Origin: Promethearchaeota archaeon | Lineage (GTDB): Archaea > Asgardarchaeota > Lokiarchaeia > Sigyniarchaeales > SOKP01 | Length of the DNA: 12,630 bases | Reading direction: 5' to 3' | Assembly (NCBI GenBank): GCA_004524535.1 | Contig: SDNY01000106.1 | Coordinates: forward strand, 1-12,630 | Shown: positions 1-8,185 of the stretch, one piece after another | How positions within the stretch are numbered: position 1 is the stretch's first letter | How the letters are laid out: every line of letters starts with the position of its first letter | Translations under genes and position numbers: made by a program | Notes under the pieces: generated by a model | Seen by the model: the letters and a program-made list of their open reading frames with translations, nothing else | What the model was told of the DNA's origin: nothing | The model's database searches: none

Positions 1-183
1 ATATTTTCGGTGCTTAAAAAACTTATTGATTTCCGGGGTAAGAGGGATTTAGAATATTGGCGTCTCTTGCTTACCTATTATTTCACGGTTCGTGAATGTC
101 CCTTGATCTTGAAAGAAGTGTTAGACGAATTATCTTTTTCCCCTCAAATACTCCATAAAACCTCGTATAAATTATTGATTTGA
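1..183 (+). CDS. 3' end of a 5'-truncated ORF, possibly a DDE-type transposase C-terminus
   Basis: Frame 1 is open from base 1 to TGA at 181-183 and reads IFSVLKKLIDFRGKRDLEYWRLLLTYYFTVRECPLILKEVLDELSFSPQILHKTSYKLLI*. The F-S-x-L-K...FRG-x-R pattern resembles the helix after the catalytic Glu of DDE transposases. GC is about 34% by hand count, above the neighbouring DNA. Not in the ORF track. The product call is tentative. Confidence 0.45.
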   Translation: MFSVLKKLIDFRGKRDLEYWRLLLTYYFTVRECPLILKEVLDELSFSPQILHKTSYKLLI

Positions 184-326
184 ACTGAGAAAATAAAAGA
201 ATAATGTCGGATTAAAGTTTAAAGGTGATTGAAGATTTAAAAAAAAGAAGGTAAATTAAAAATTATCATAATAAAAAAATTAAAAATTTTTATTAATAAT
301 TATATTATATATTAAAATAGAATTTT

Positions 327-1169
327 TTGCTTTATAGGAAGGTATTTTTGAAGGCTATTTCGTATATAGATTTGTATAAACATATTGAAAGGATTCAGGA
401 ATCATATATTGAAAAATATTTAATCTCAATAATTATACCTGTGTATAATGAAGAAAAAACTATTTTTTCCGTATTAAAAGCGCTACCTGAAAGCGATAAA
501 ATAGAAATTATCGTTATTGATGATCATTCGAAGGATAATAGTGTTTTGGAAATTAAAAAAGCTCAAAAAATGCATAATATAAAACTTTGTAAACATAAGA
601 AAAACCAAGGTTATGGGAAAGCAATACTCTCCGGAATAAAAAAATCAAATGGATCTATTATTATCACAATGGATGCTGATGGACAGCATTTACCAGATGA
701 TATTTACACTCTGGTGAAACCCATATTTGATGGTGATGCTGATTATACAATTGGTTCAAGATATTTAGGGCGTTTTCATTATGAATTACCATTATCTACA
801 AGATTAGGAGAAGTGTTAGTTGAAATTCTTTTGAGAATTTTTTTTCAGCAAAAAGCAAAAAGCAATCAAGGCGGTTTTCGAGCATTTAGTAGAGATATAT
901 TACACATCTTTGAGGATATTCAATATCGAGATTTTGCGTTTACAACAGAATTGATTATTAGAGCTGCACTTTACGGATATCAAATTAAAGAATGTCCTAT
1001 AAAATTAATGGATCGAGTTCATGGTAAATCAAGAATTAAATTAAATAAACTCGCAATAAACCTTTTCATATGTTTTTTCAGATATTTCTTTCTAAGAATT
1101 AAGATGAGAATGCTTAAACAAGATAAAATTAAATTCAAAAAGGAGAGACTAGTATTTAAAGAGTTATAA
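327..1169 (+). CDS. GT2 family glycosyltransferase, DPM1/Ppm1-like polyprenol/dolichol-phosphate sugar synthase
   Basis: Motifs SIIIPVYNEE, VIDDHSKD, KNQGYGKA, DxD in TMDADGQH, IGSRY, GGFRAF, and a C-terminal DRVHGKSRI. There is no ATG before the first conserved strand, so the true start is uncertain and may be a later TTG. Confidence 0.92.
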   Translation: MLYRKVFLKAISYIDLYKHIERIQESYIEKYLISIIIPVYNEEKTIFSVLKALPESDKIEIIVIDDHSKDNSVLEIKKAQKMHNIKLCKHKKNQGYGKAILSGIKKSNGSIIITMDADGQHLPDDIYTLVKPIFDGDADYTIGSRYLGRFHYELPLSTRLGEVLVEILLRIFFQQKAKSNQGGFRAFSRDILHIFEDIQYRDFAFTTELIIRAALYGYQIKECPIKLMDRVHGKSRIKLNKLAINLFICFFRYFFLRIKMRMLKQDKIKFKKERLVFKEL

Positions 1170-2360
1170 TAAAGATTGAGAGATTTCATTATTAAATTTT
1201 GTCATTAAATCCTCCCATCTAAATTTATTATTTATTTTTCTAATTCCATTTTCACCCATTTTTCGTCTTAACTGAGCATCTTCGATTAATTCTATAAAGC
1301 CATCAATTAAATCTTTATCAGTGAAATTTCTTTTTAAAACTAATCCAACATCATTATTTTTTATTAAATCAAGTGAGAGAGGGGCTGTTATAAATGGTTT
1401 CCCACAAGCCATATATTCCAGGCATTTTACTGGTATCATATATCTCCAAATATTCTCATATGTAATTCTACCTATACCGATATCGCTGTTATTAACGTAA
1501 TATGGAATACTCTTGTGAGGTTTAATGCCTAAGAAATGTACTTGTTTCTCTAAATTTTGTTTTTTTATCAGATTTTTTAGATTGTTTTCGTGTGGTCCAC
1601 TGCCTATAATTAAAAAATGAGTATCTTTTTTTCTTTTTAGGATTTCTGGCAATACATTAATAACATATCCGATATCGTTATCTCTTGAAATTTGACCTAC
1701 AAATAATATAATTTCATTAGCTCCATATTTTTCTTTTAAATCGTCTTGTTTATTAGGGTAAAAATCATTATTATCAATTCCATTGTGATGAATCTTAAAA
1801 TTGATAGATTTCAATTTTTTAAAATTTAAATAATAATCTTTCATTTCTGAAGTAGTTACATAAAATATATCGCAGCTTGAAATAGAGCGATAGATTCTTG
1901 TATAGATGGAAGAGTAAAATAATTTTAATGGAAGAGAAAAAGCATCAGTAGGAAAAAAAATATCATGAGAGCGACTAACATGCGGAATATTCAAGATTTT
2001 TGAGATACGGGCTCCAACAACACTCGCAAAATGAAAAGCTTGGTATTGAGATAAAATTAAGTCAGGATTAAACTTTGATTTTAGCTTTAATAAAAACTTC
2101 AATGTATTTTCCCAATGTGAAAATATTAGATTGAGGGGAATTTTCATAAATCTACTTGAATACTTAACCTCAATATCAGTATTTTCTAATTGCTTTTTAA
2201 TTGATACCTTAGTTTCAGATGATACCTTACTAAAAACTCCTGGAGACATTACTAAAATCCGATTTCCATAAGAAGCAAGGTATTTCGCAATCTTTAATGC
2301 ATTAATGGCTCCTGCTCCAATACTGGGGGGAAATCCGTGCACAAAATATAAGATATTCAA
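1164..2360 (-). CDS. GT4 family (GT-B fold) glycosyltransferase
   Basis: N-terminal ILYFVHGFPPSIGAG, HD motif, IHHNGID, ILFVGQ, FLIIGSGP, VHFLG, PVKCLEYMACGKP, and C-terminal RRKMGENG...FRWE. TTG start. Confidence 0.93.
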   Translation of the reverse strand: MNILYFVHGFPPSIGAGAINALKIAKYLASYGNRILVMSPGVFSKVSSETKVSIKKQLENTDIEVKYSSRFMKIPLNLIFSHWENTLKFLLKLKSKFNPDLILSQYQAFHFASVVGARISKILNIPHVSRSHDIFFPTDAFSLPLKLFYSSIYTRIYRSISSCDIFYVTTSEMKDYYLNFKKLKSINFKIHHNGIDNNDFYPNKQDDLKEKYGANEIILFVGQISRDNDIGYVINVLPEILKRKKDTHFLIIGSGPHENNLKNLIKKQNLEKQVHFLGIKPHKSIPYYVNNSDIGIGRITYENIWRYMIPVKCLEYMACGKPFITAPLSLDLIKNNDVGLVLKRNFTDKDLIDGFIELIEDAQLRRKMGENGIRKINNKFRWEDLMTKFNNEISQSLL

Positions 2361-2569
2361 TTTTTTTTTTAAATATAATTATTTATTTTTAGAATTTAAA
2401 AACACTTTTAAATTATTTTTAAAAGAGCTTAAATTTAGATACATATTGGTTAAAAAATGAATAGATTTCTTAATACTATTACTATTACAACTATTTTTTA
2501 ATAATTTTCTCCGAAATAATTTAAAAGATACATAATTTTTTTAAAATATTCATTATTTAAACGTAATTT

Positions 2570-2584
2570 AAAGTTCTTAAATAT
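2570..2584 (+). promoter_or_regulatory. Possible archaeal BRE/TATA box for a leaderless AftA-like transcript
   Basis: aaagttcTTAAATA ends about 20 nt upstream of the ATG at 2605. Weak, because the background is very AT-rich. Confidence 0.35.
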
Positions 2585-2604
2585 TCAATCTTAGCACAAA
2601 AATA

Positions 2605-4473
2605 ATGTTGGCTAATGCAAAAATAAGTGAAGAAACAGAAAAAAAAGCTTTAAAAGATAAATCATTAGAAAATTCCAAAATTAATATTATTAAAGAATTC
2701 TTATATGCCGGAATTGGATGTTTAGCTTTTCTCTTAATTTATAGTTTCTTGCCATATACTTACTGGAAGGAAATTTATAGAAATATTATATGTGCTTTAA
2801 TTGTATTCTCTTTTTTTATCGCTTTTATCATTTTAAATCAGCCTAATACTAAAAAGAAATTTTTAAAAGTAAATTATAGGAGAAACATTATTTTATTTAC
2901 AGTTTTAAACTTCGCAATTTTATCCTTTCTATTTTTTAGAACTGATTTTGCCTATAGTGGTTTAAGTCCTGACAATTGGTATAGATTTGCTTATGTTACA
3001 CAAATGGCTAAATCGGGATATCCACAAGATTCTACGTATAAAGGATTTTCAGCATTTATGGCACCACTGTATTGGTATTTGCTTGCTCTATTATCTATTT
3101 TATTTCAAATAGACCCCTATAAAATGGTAAAGTTTGGATTTTTATTTTCATATTATATTTTACCAATATTATTTTATGAAGCCTGGAAAAAGATATTTAA
3201 TAAAAAAAAATCATTCTACCTTACAGCTTTCTTCTATACTTTTATTGTGAATTATTCTGAAATTATTTGGATTGATCATTTAATAGGTTATATGTTCTTT
3301 ATCCCATTTTTTCTATATTATTTTGAAAATTATAAGGAAAAAGATATTACAAAAAAAGATTACATAGTAGCTGGAATTATAGGATCTCTTTTGGTTTGTA
3401 CATTTTATCTCTATTTTTTATTAATTCCGATTTATATTGTCGTCTGCTTAATACAAAACAATTTTAAAATTTTTAAAAAGAAATTAAAAAGAATTTTTAT
3501 TATTTTAATTCTTATAATTGTTTTTAGCTCGTGGTTTTGGATTCCATTAACGATTAACATAATTAATGTAGGTTACGAGTCCCATCAAAATAACTTTTTT
3601 CCAAAATATGCTTTAGATATGCCATTTGAAGCTTATTTAGAATTTAATCTATTTAGTGTTGTATTAATTTTAGGATTAGTTTTTATTTTATTTAGATATG
3701 CCAAATCGGAACTATTAACAATTCTCGGCAATATTGTTCTTTCTGTTTATATACTTTACCTTATTGGTTTTGTTGGCTTACTAATTGGCTTTCCAATTGT
3801 TCATTTTAGAATTTTAGTAGTATCTTATTATGTTCTGGTTATCTCATTTATTTTATTTTATGTTGAATTCTTCCGCCTTTTGAAAAAAAAAGAAATTATG
3901 ACACAATTTAAGAATAAAATTAATATTAAACGAGTTGAAGTGATAATATTTATAATTATTATATTCTTTCAAAATTATCGAAATACAGTAGAATTATATG
4001 AGTCAGATTATTATGAGGATGCTCTTAACGAAAAAATACCGAAAGAAATAAAAGTTATTGAAGAATTGGATGATTACAAGAATAAAGTATTTTTAACTCA
4101 ATATTTTGAAGTCGCTGCTTTTTTACCGATTTATTTATTTGTTATTGAAAATTCACATTTTAGTCATCCCAGTGCACTATATAACGAAAGAGTTGTCTTT
4201 TTGCAAAATTTAGCGGATTGTAAAAATTCAAAAGAATTTTTTGAGGAACTTAAGGAAAGTAAATTTGGTCCAATACATTATTTTTATCTCGAACCTTGTG
4301 TTGATCCGATGTTTTTAAATATAACGGAATTCTTATTTGACGCTGCTGAATTAGAACATTTTCCAGAAAGGCTTGATTTACAAATTTATTTTAGGGCAGA
4401 ATTATTTGAAAATTCAAAATATTTTAAGAAGATAATAATAGATGAAGATATCATTTATAAAACCAAATATTAA
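2605..4473 (+). CDS. Polytopic GT-C membrane glycosyltransferase, AftA-like (GT85 arabinofuranosyltransferase-like)
   Basis: Many hydrophobic segments. The loop GLSPDNWYRFAYVTQMAKSGYPQDSTYKGFSAFMAPLYWYL parallels the AftA N-terminal signature as I recall it (G-x-S-x-D-x3-R-x2-Y-x-T...D-x-T-Y-x-G...F-x-x-P-x-W/Y-x-W/Y). The soluble C-terminal VFLT...HFSHPSALYNER parallels the AftA C-terminal V-x-L-T...HYANP-x-A...R. Confidence 0.8.
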   Translation: MLANAKISEETEKKALKDKSLENSKINIIKEFLYAGIGCLAFLLIYSFLPYTYWKEIYRNIICALIVFSFFIAFIILNQPNTKKKFLKVNYRRNIILFTVLNFAILSFLFFRTDFAYSGLSPDNWYRFAYVTQMAKSGYPQDSTYKGFSAFMAPLYWYLLALLSILFQIDPYKMVKFGFLFSYYILPILFYEAWKKIFNKKKSFYLTAFFYTFIVNYSEIIWIDHLIGYMFFIPFFLYYFENYKEKDITKKDYIVAGIIGSLLVCTFYLYFLLIPIYIVVCLIQNNFKIFKKKLKRIFIILILIIVFSSWFWIPLTINIINVGYESHQNNFFPKYALDMPFEAYLEFNLFSVVLILGLVFILFRYAKSELLTILGNIVLSVYILYLIGFVGLLIGFPIVHFRILVVSYYVLVISFILFYVEFFRLLKKKEIMTQFKNKINIKRVEVIIFIIIIFFQNYRNTVELYESDYYEDALNEKIPKEIKVIEELDDYKNKVFLTQYFEVAAFLPIYLFVIENSHFSHPSALYNERVVFLQNLADCKNSKEFFEELKESKFGPIHYFYLEPCVDPMFLNITEFLFDAAELEHFPERLDLQIYFRAELFENSKYFKKIIIDEDIIYKTKY

Positions 4474-4485
4474 GATATTTAAGCA

Positions 4486-6531
4486 ATGTTAGTAGGAGAA
4501 AGTTTTTATTTTGTTAATTTTCTGTTGGTATGTATAGCTTTTTCTCTCTTTATATTATTAATTGCAATTTTTGGAATGATAATTCTCTATTTTATAAGGA
4601 AATTTAATAAAAAAGAATGGGGGATCAATTTTTTGGAAATTTTTATAATTTCATTTGCAATTGGCTTGTCTATTTATCTTTTTATATGTTTTATATTAGA
4701 TATATTCATGTTTTTCAATTTTTACTCAGCCTACCTTTCAATAATAATAATTGATGTTATTTTCATTTTATATTTAATATACCATAAAGATTTAACAAGA
4801 GAAAAGATTTCTAATTTTTTCGCTTCAATAAAGATAAGATTTACAAATAACCCAAAGGAATTGAAAATATTCGTTGGTATTATTATTATAATTCTTATTA
4901 TTCAAATATCGATTCAATGGAGAATTATAACTTCAAGTTATGCTCTTCCATCTAGAGATACTTATGCTCTTATGGGGCATATGTACCATTTGATGGACAA
5001 AGGTTATCTTTGGAGAGAACGTCATTCAATTCATTATCCTAAAGGATTTCATTTTTTTATTACAGCTCCAGTATTAATATATCCAGATTTTTATTTTGCT
5101 TATACATATTTGAAATTCTCAGGCATATTAATCATGTCTTTTTATATAATTGTCATGAGCTTAATATTAAAGAGAATCTTTAAAAAAAATTATTTAGTTT
5201 TAACCGGTTTAATGTTGACGTTAATCTCAAATATATTATGGTCTCGTTTTACAATTAATATATCCTCAACAATACCTACAATAATGATGCTTATTTCCTT
5301 TATTATTTTCCGGTCAAAATGCCCTTTCTATTTAACCAGTTTTCTTTTTCAAATCATGTTCCTTATGAATCCAACCCTTGCCTTTTGCTACATCTTAGTA
5401 TGGGTGTTCTTAATTTTATTAAAGCTAACTTCAGAAGAATATAATTTTAGAATCGTTTTAATAGACTATCTTATTAAACCACTAATTCTGATGATATTAT
5501 TTATATTATCTTATATCTTCAATACATTGATTGTTAAAAATATAACTTTCATTGATTTTATAAATGCCTTCTTTTACTTTTTTAAATTTTCAACAATCAA
5601 CATAAATTTATCTAAGAATTCAGATTTATTGATTTTTAATTCTATTTTACTTAATATTGATTTTTCTGATATTCTAAAAGATTTATTACCGCATAATGAT
5701 TTTTTACACGCATTTTTTGATATGGAAAAGCGTACTCTCTCATTTTTCCTTATTTTTACATTTGTTGGTCTATTTTTACCAACAAAAAAATATTTTGGAA
5801 AGGAATTTAGCGAATTAGTAAAATTAACCAAATTTTCATTATTTGTACTTATATGTTTATATCTTTTTAAAGCATTATTTGAAAATTCCAATATTATATT
5901 GTTCTTTTTTCTTATTTATGTTATTCAACCAAAAGCCGTTGAGGCGTATGTAGGACCAATAATTATATTCTGTTGTTTTAATCTTAATTTAATTATTGAA
6001 AAAGCGAAAGTTTTTACTATTTACCTTAAAAATAAGTATTCCAGTTATAGAAATCTATTAAAAAACAATACATTTTCAAAATTTTTCAGAATGGAAAATA
6101 TAATAATAACAATACTCCTTATATCTCTTAGTTCAACATTTATAGTCCACAGAGATGTAGATTATAATGTTTATTTTGAAAAGGAGCAAATAGAAACTAT
6201 ATTTTATATAAAAGATAATATACCAGAGGATTCTAAAATTTTAGTGAATTTTTATGATGGTATGGGTGATGCTCTCCATAGTATGTTAAGTACATACGAT
6301 CTTTATGATTGGGAATTTTCTGAAGGTAAAAATGATATTCTGAAGATCAAACAATATATAAAAGAGAAAAATATTGAGTATATTTTATTAGATCTTGAAT
6401 ATGTTAATTCAACTGAACTGTATAATTTTACAAGTAGTCCCCATTTTGAAAATTTATACGAAAATGAAATACATATTTTTTTTGAATATAATGATGATTC
6501 AGATTTGTTTCTTATAGACGAGAAATTCTAA
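4486..6531 (+). CDS. Large polytopic membrane protein, probable GT-C glycosyltransferase of unassigned family
   Basis: More than 12 hydrophobic segments. An external loop carries an Asp (PSRDTYALMGH) followed by HYPKGFH. The soluble C-terminal domain (IFYIKDNIPEDSKILV...KEKNIEYILLD...LYENE) is typical of GT-C/STT3-like C-terminal domains. It starts 12 bp after the AftA-like gene, so the two are probably co-transcribed. Confidence 0.65.
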   Translation: MLVGESFYFVNFLLVCIAFSLFILLIAIFGMIILYFIRKFNKKEWGINFLEIFIISFAIGLSIYLFICFILDIFMFFNFYSAYLSIIIIDVIFILYLIYHKDLTREKISNFFASIKIRFTNNPKELKIFVGIIIIILIIQISIQWRIITSSYALPSRDTYALMGHMYHLMDKGYLWRERHSIHYPKGFHFFITAPVLIYPDFYFAYTYLKFSGILIMSFYIIVMSLILKRIFKKNYLVLTGLMLTLISNILWSRFTINISSTIPTIMMLISFIIFRSKCPFYLTSFLFQIMFLMNPTLAFCYILVWVFLILLKLTSEEYNFRIVLIDYLIKPLILMILFILSYIFNTLIVKNITFIDFINAFFYFFKFSTININLSKNSDLLIFNSILLNIDFSDILKDLLPHNDFLHAFFDMEKRTLSFFLIFTFVGLFLPTKKYFGKEFSELVKLTKFSLFVLICLYLFKALFENSNIILFFFLIYVIQPKAVEAYVGPIIIFCCFNLNLIIEKAKVFTIYLKNKYSSYRNLLKNNTFSKFFRMENIIITILLISLSSTFIVHRDVDYNVYFEKEQIETIFYIKDNIPEDSKILVNFYDGMGDALHSMLSTYDLYDWEFSEGKNDILKIKQYIKEKNIEYILLDLEYVNSTELYNFTSSPHFENLYENEIHIFFEYNDDSDLFLIDEKF

Positions 6532-6547
6532 ATAACTTTAAAAATAA

Positions 6548-6555
6548 TTTTTTTT
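6548..6555 (+). terminator. Possible oligo-T terminator of the 2605-6531 operon
   Basis: T8 16 nt after the stop codon at 6531, in the convergent gap. Confidence 0.35.
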
Positions 6556-7870
6556 AATCCATAAACATAAAAACATTTGGAAAATTTTCTTTTTCTGAAC
6601 TTTTTAACCCATTATAAATTATATTTCCTACTTCTTTAATAGAATCTATAAAATTCGTTTTACGAGGTGTTTTATATGCCTGCTTTAATAAAAGTATAAA
6701 TAATATTAATATAGGTACAAATTTTGAACACCTATATAAAAGTGAAAAAGGAAAATACCAACATTCACACATATCAATAATAAAGAAAGGTGTAGGAATT
6801 GCTAAAAAGAGAAAGATTAAAAACCATTTAGTTCTTGAATCATCTCTAATCCATAGAATAATTAAAAATGGCAATAATAAAGTAAAGTGATGCTCCCAAA
6901 CTCCAGAAAATATTAAAAAATATGAACATGCGAATAAAGAAATTGAGATTAAATAATCTTTTGAATATATTGTTGCAAAGCAGGATAATCCAAAAAATAT
7001 TGTAATTATTATAACATTTATCCAAACAATATTATCTTCAAGCCAATATGTATTAGATGTTATTAAAACTACAATTTCATAAATAATACTTCTTATATCA
7101 AAATTGCCGTAATGAGTATAAACTTTACTTGATCTTTTTATGGTATAATCTATAAAATAATCAAAGAAATATACTATAGAAAATGAAATAGCAGCTAATG
7201 AAAAAATTAAAATACAATATATTACTTTTCTCGTCCTACCTGAGCTCAAAAACGAGGGAATAAAAAAAAAAGGCATTTGTTTTATAAGACAGGCTAAGCT
7301 CCAGAAAAAAGTTCCGTGCGCTTCCTTTTTTCTCATTTCTGCATAAATAGAAAAAAAAGTTAACAATCCTACTATTAGTGTTATCTGCCCCATAAATAAT
7401 TCAACATATATTGGTGAAAAACATAACCACATCCCTATAGCTATGGATTCCACCCATTTAGGTTTATCTATACTCTTGCATATTATGTGTGTAAGATAAC
7501 ATGAGATCCAAATCAAGCTAAGAAGCATAGATACCCAAACCCAATATGCTATAAATGGGGGAAAAATTGCAAAAGCAACTCCCATTGTAAAGGCTAAAAA
7601 AGGATTATATACAAAATCATACGAATAAGGGACGATATAATAGCCATCAACTTTTTCGTAAGGATTTAACCCAAATAGAACATTATATCCTGCTTGATAT
7701 ATCGCAAAAAAGTCTGATCCTTGACCTAACCTATATGTGCTATCATGAAAAAAAGGATTTAAAAATCCAAAAATTAATGATAAAAGAAAAAGTAAATGTA
7801 TACAAATAGCAATAATTAAAAATACCTTACTAAAAATTATAATATCAGATTTATTTCTTATTTTTTCCAT
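6554..7870 (-). CDS. GT87 family (DUF2029; PimE/AftC-like) GT-C glycosyltransferase
   Basis: SDFFAIYQAG...GLNPY, FVYNPF (YPP-like), ELFMGQ, LIKQMP and GVWEHHF appear in the canonical GT87 order. Polytopic. Confidence 0.85.
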   Translation of the reverse strand: MEKIRNKSDIIIFSKVFLIIAICIHLLFLLSLIFGFLNPFFHDSTYRLGQGSDFFAIYQAGYNVLFGLNPYEKVDGYYIVPYSYDFVYNPFLAFTMGVAFAIFPPFIAYWVWVSMLLSLIWISCYLTHIICKSIDKPKWVESIAIGMWLCFSPIYVELFMGQITLIVGLLTFFSIYAEMRKKEAHGTFFWSLACLIKQMPFFFIPSFLSSGRTRKVIYCILIFSLAAISFSIVYFFDYFIDYTIKRSSKVYTHYGNFDIRSIIYEIVVLITSNTYWLEDNIVWINVIIITIFFGLSCFATIYSKDYLISISLFACSYFLIFSGVWEHHFTLLLPFLIILWIRDDSRTKWFLIFLFLAIPTPFFIIDMCECWYFPFSLLYRCSKFVPILILFILLLKQAYKTPRKTNFIDSIKEVGNIIYNGLKSSEKENFPNVFMFMD

Positions 7871-8165
7871 AATGATGAATCCTTTTTTATTATTTTATAG
7901 ATATTTAATTTAATTTAAATTTAATTTTTAATAGAAGTCCATTTTAAGCTTGAATTGATGAAATTTTCATTGCTTTTTATGTGATATCAATATTTTTAAA
8001 TAAAAGTTAATTTTATAAATAAATATTGGGGCAAGAAAAGTGAAAGTTAGGTTTGATTCATTATATTTTATCAATTATATGGTTATCATTAATATTTTCT
8101 TTTATTACTTGGAATTTGTTTGTTAAAACTATATTTAGACAAAGATTTTTATATTGTTGTTGTTG

Positions 8166-8175
8166 AAAAAAAAAA
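8166..8175 (-). terminator. Possible archaeal oligo-T terminator of the AftB-like gene
   Basis: T10 on the coding strand, 10 nt after the stop codon at 8186. Confidence 0.45.
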
Positions 8176-8185
8176 TTAATTTCTG

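Noticed and set aside
5574-5891. 105-aa minus-strand ORF
   Set aside because: Antisense shadow entirely inside the 681-aa membrane protein gene. Lys/Asn-rich as expected opposite hydrophobic codons, with no motifs.
4486-6531. Oligosaccharyltransferase AglB/STT3 call
   Set aside because: No WWDYG or DK motif. Only the generic C-terminal domain pattern is shared.
2361-7271. Homopolymer runs (T10 at 2361-2370, A9 at 3202-3210, A10 at 7262-7271) as phase-variation switches
   Set aside because: Runs of this length are unsurprising at this AT content and all ORFs are in frame. Read-level length variation would be needed to support the idea.
7900-7932. tttaa-type short tandem and palindromic pattern
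   Set aside because: Low-complexity AT sequence, indistinguishable from background.
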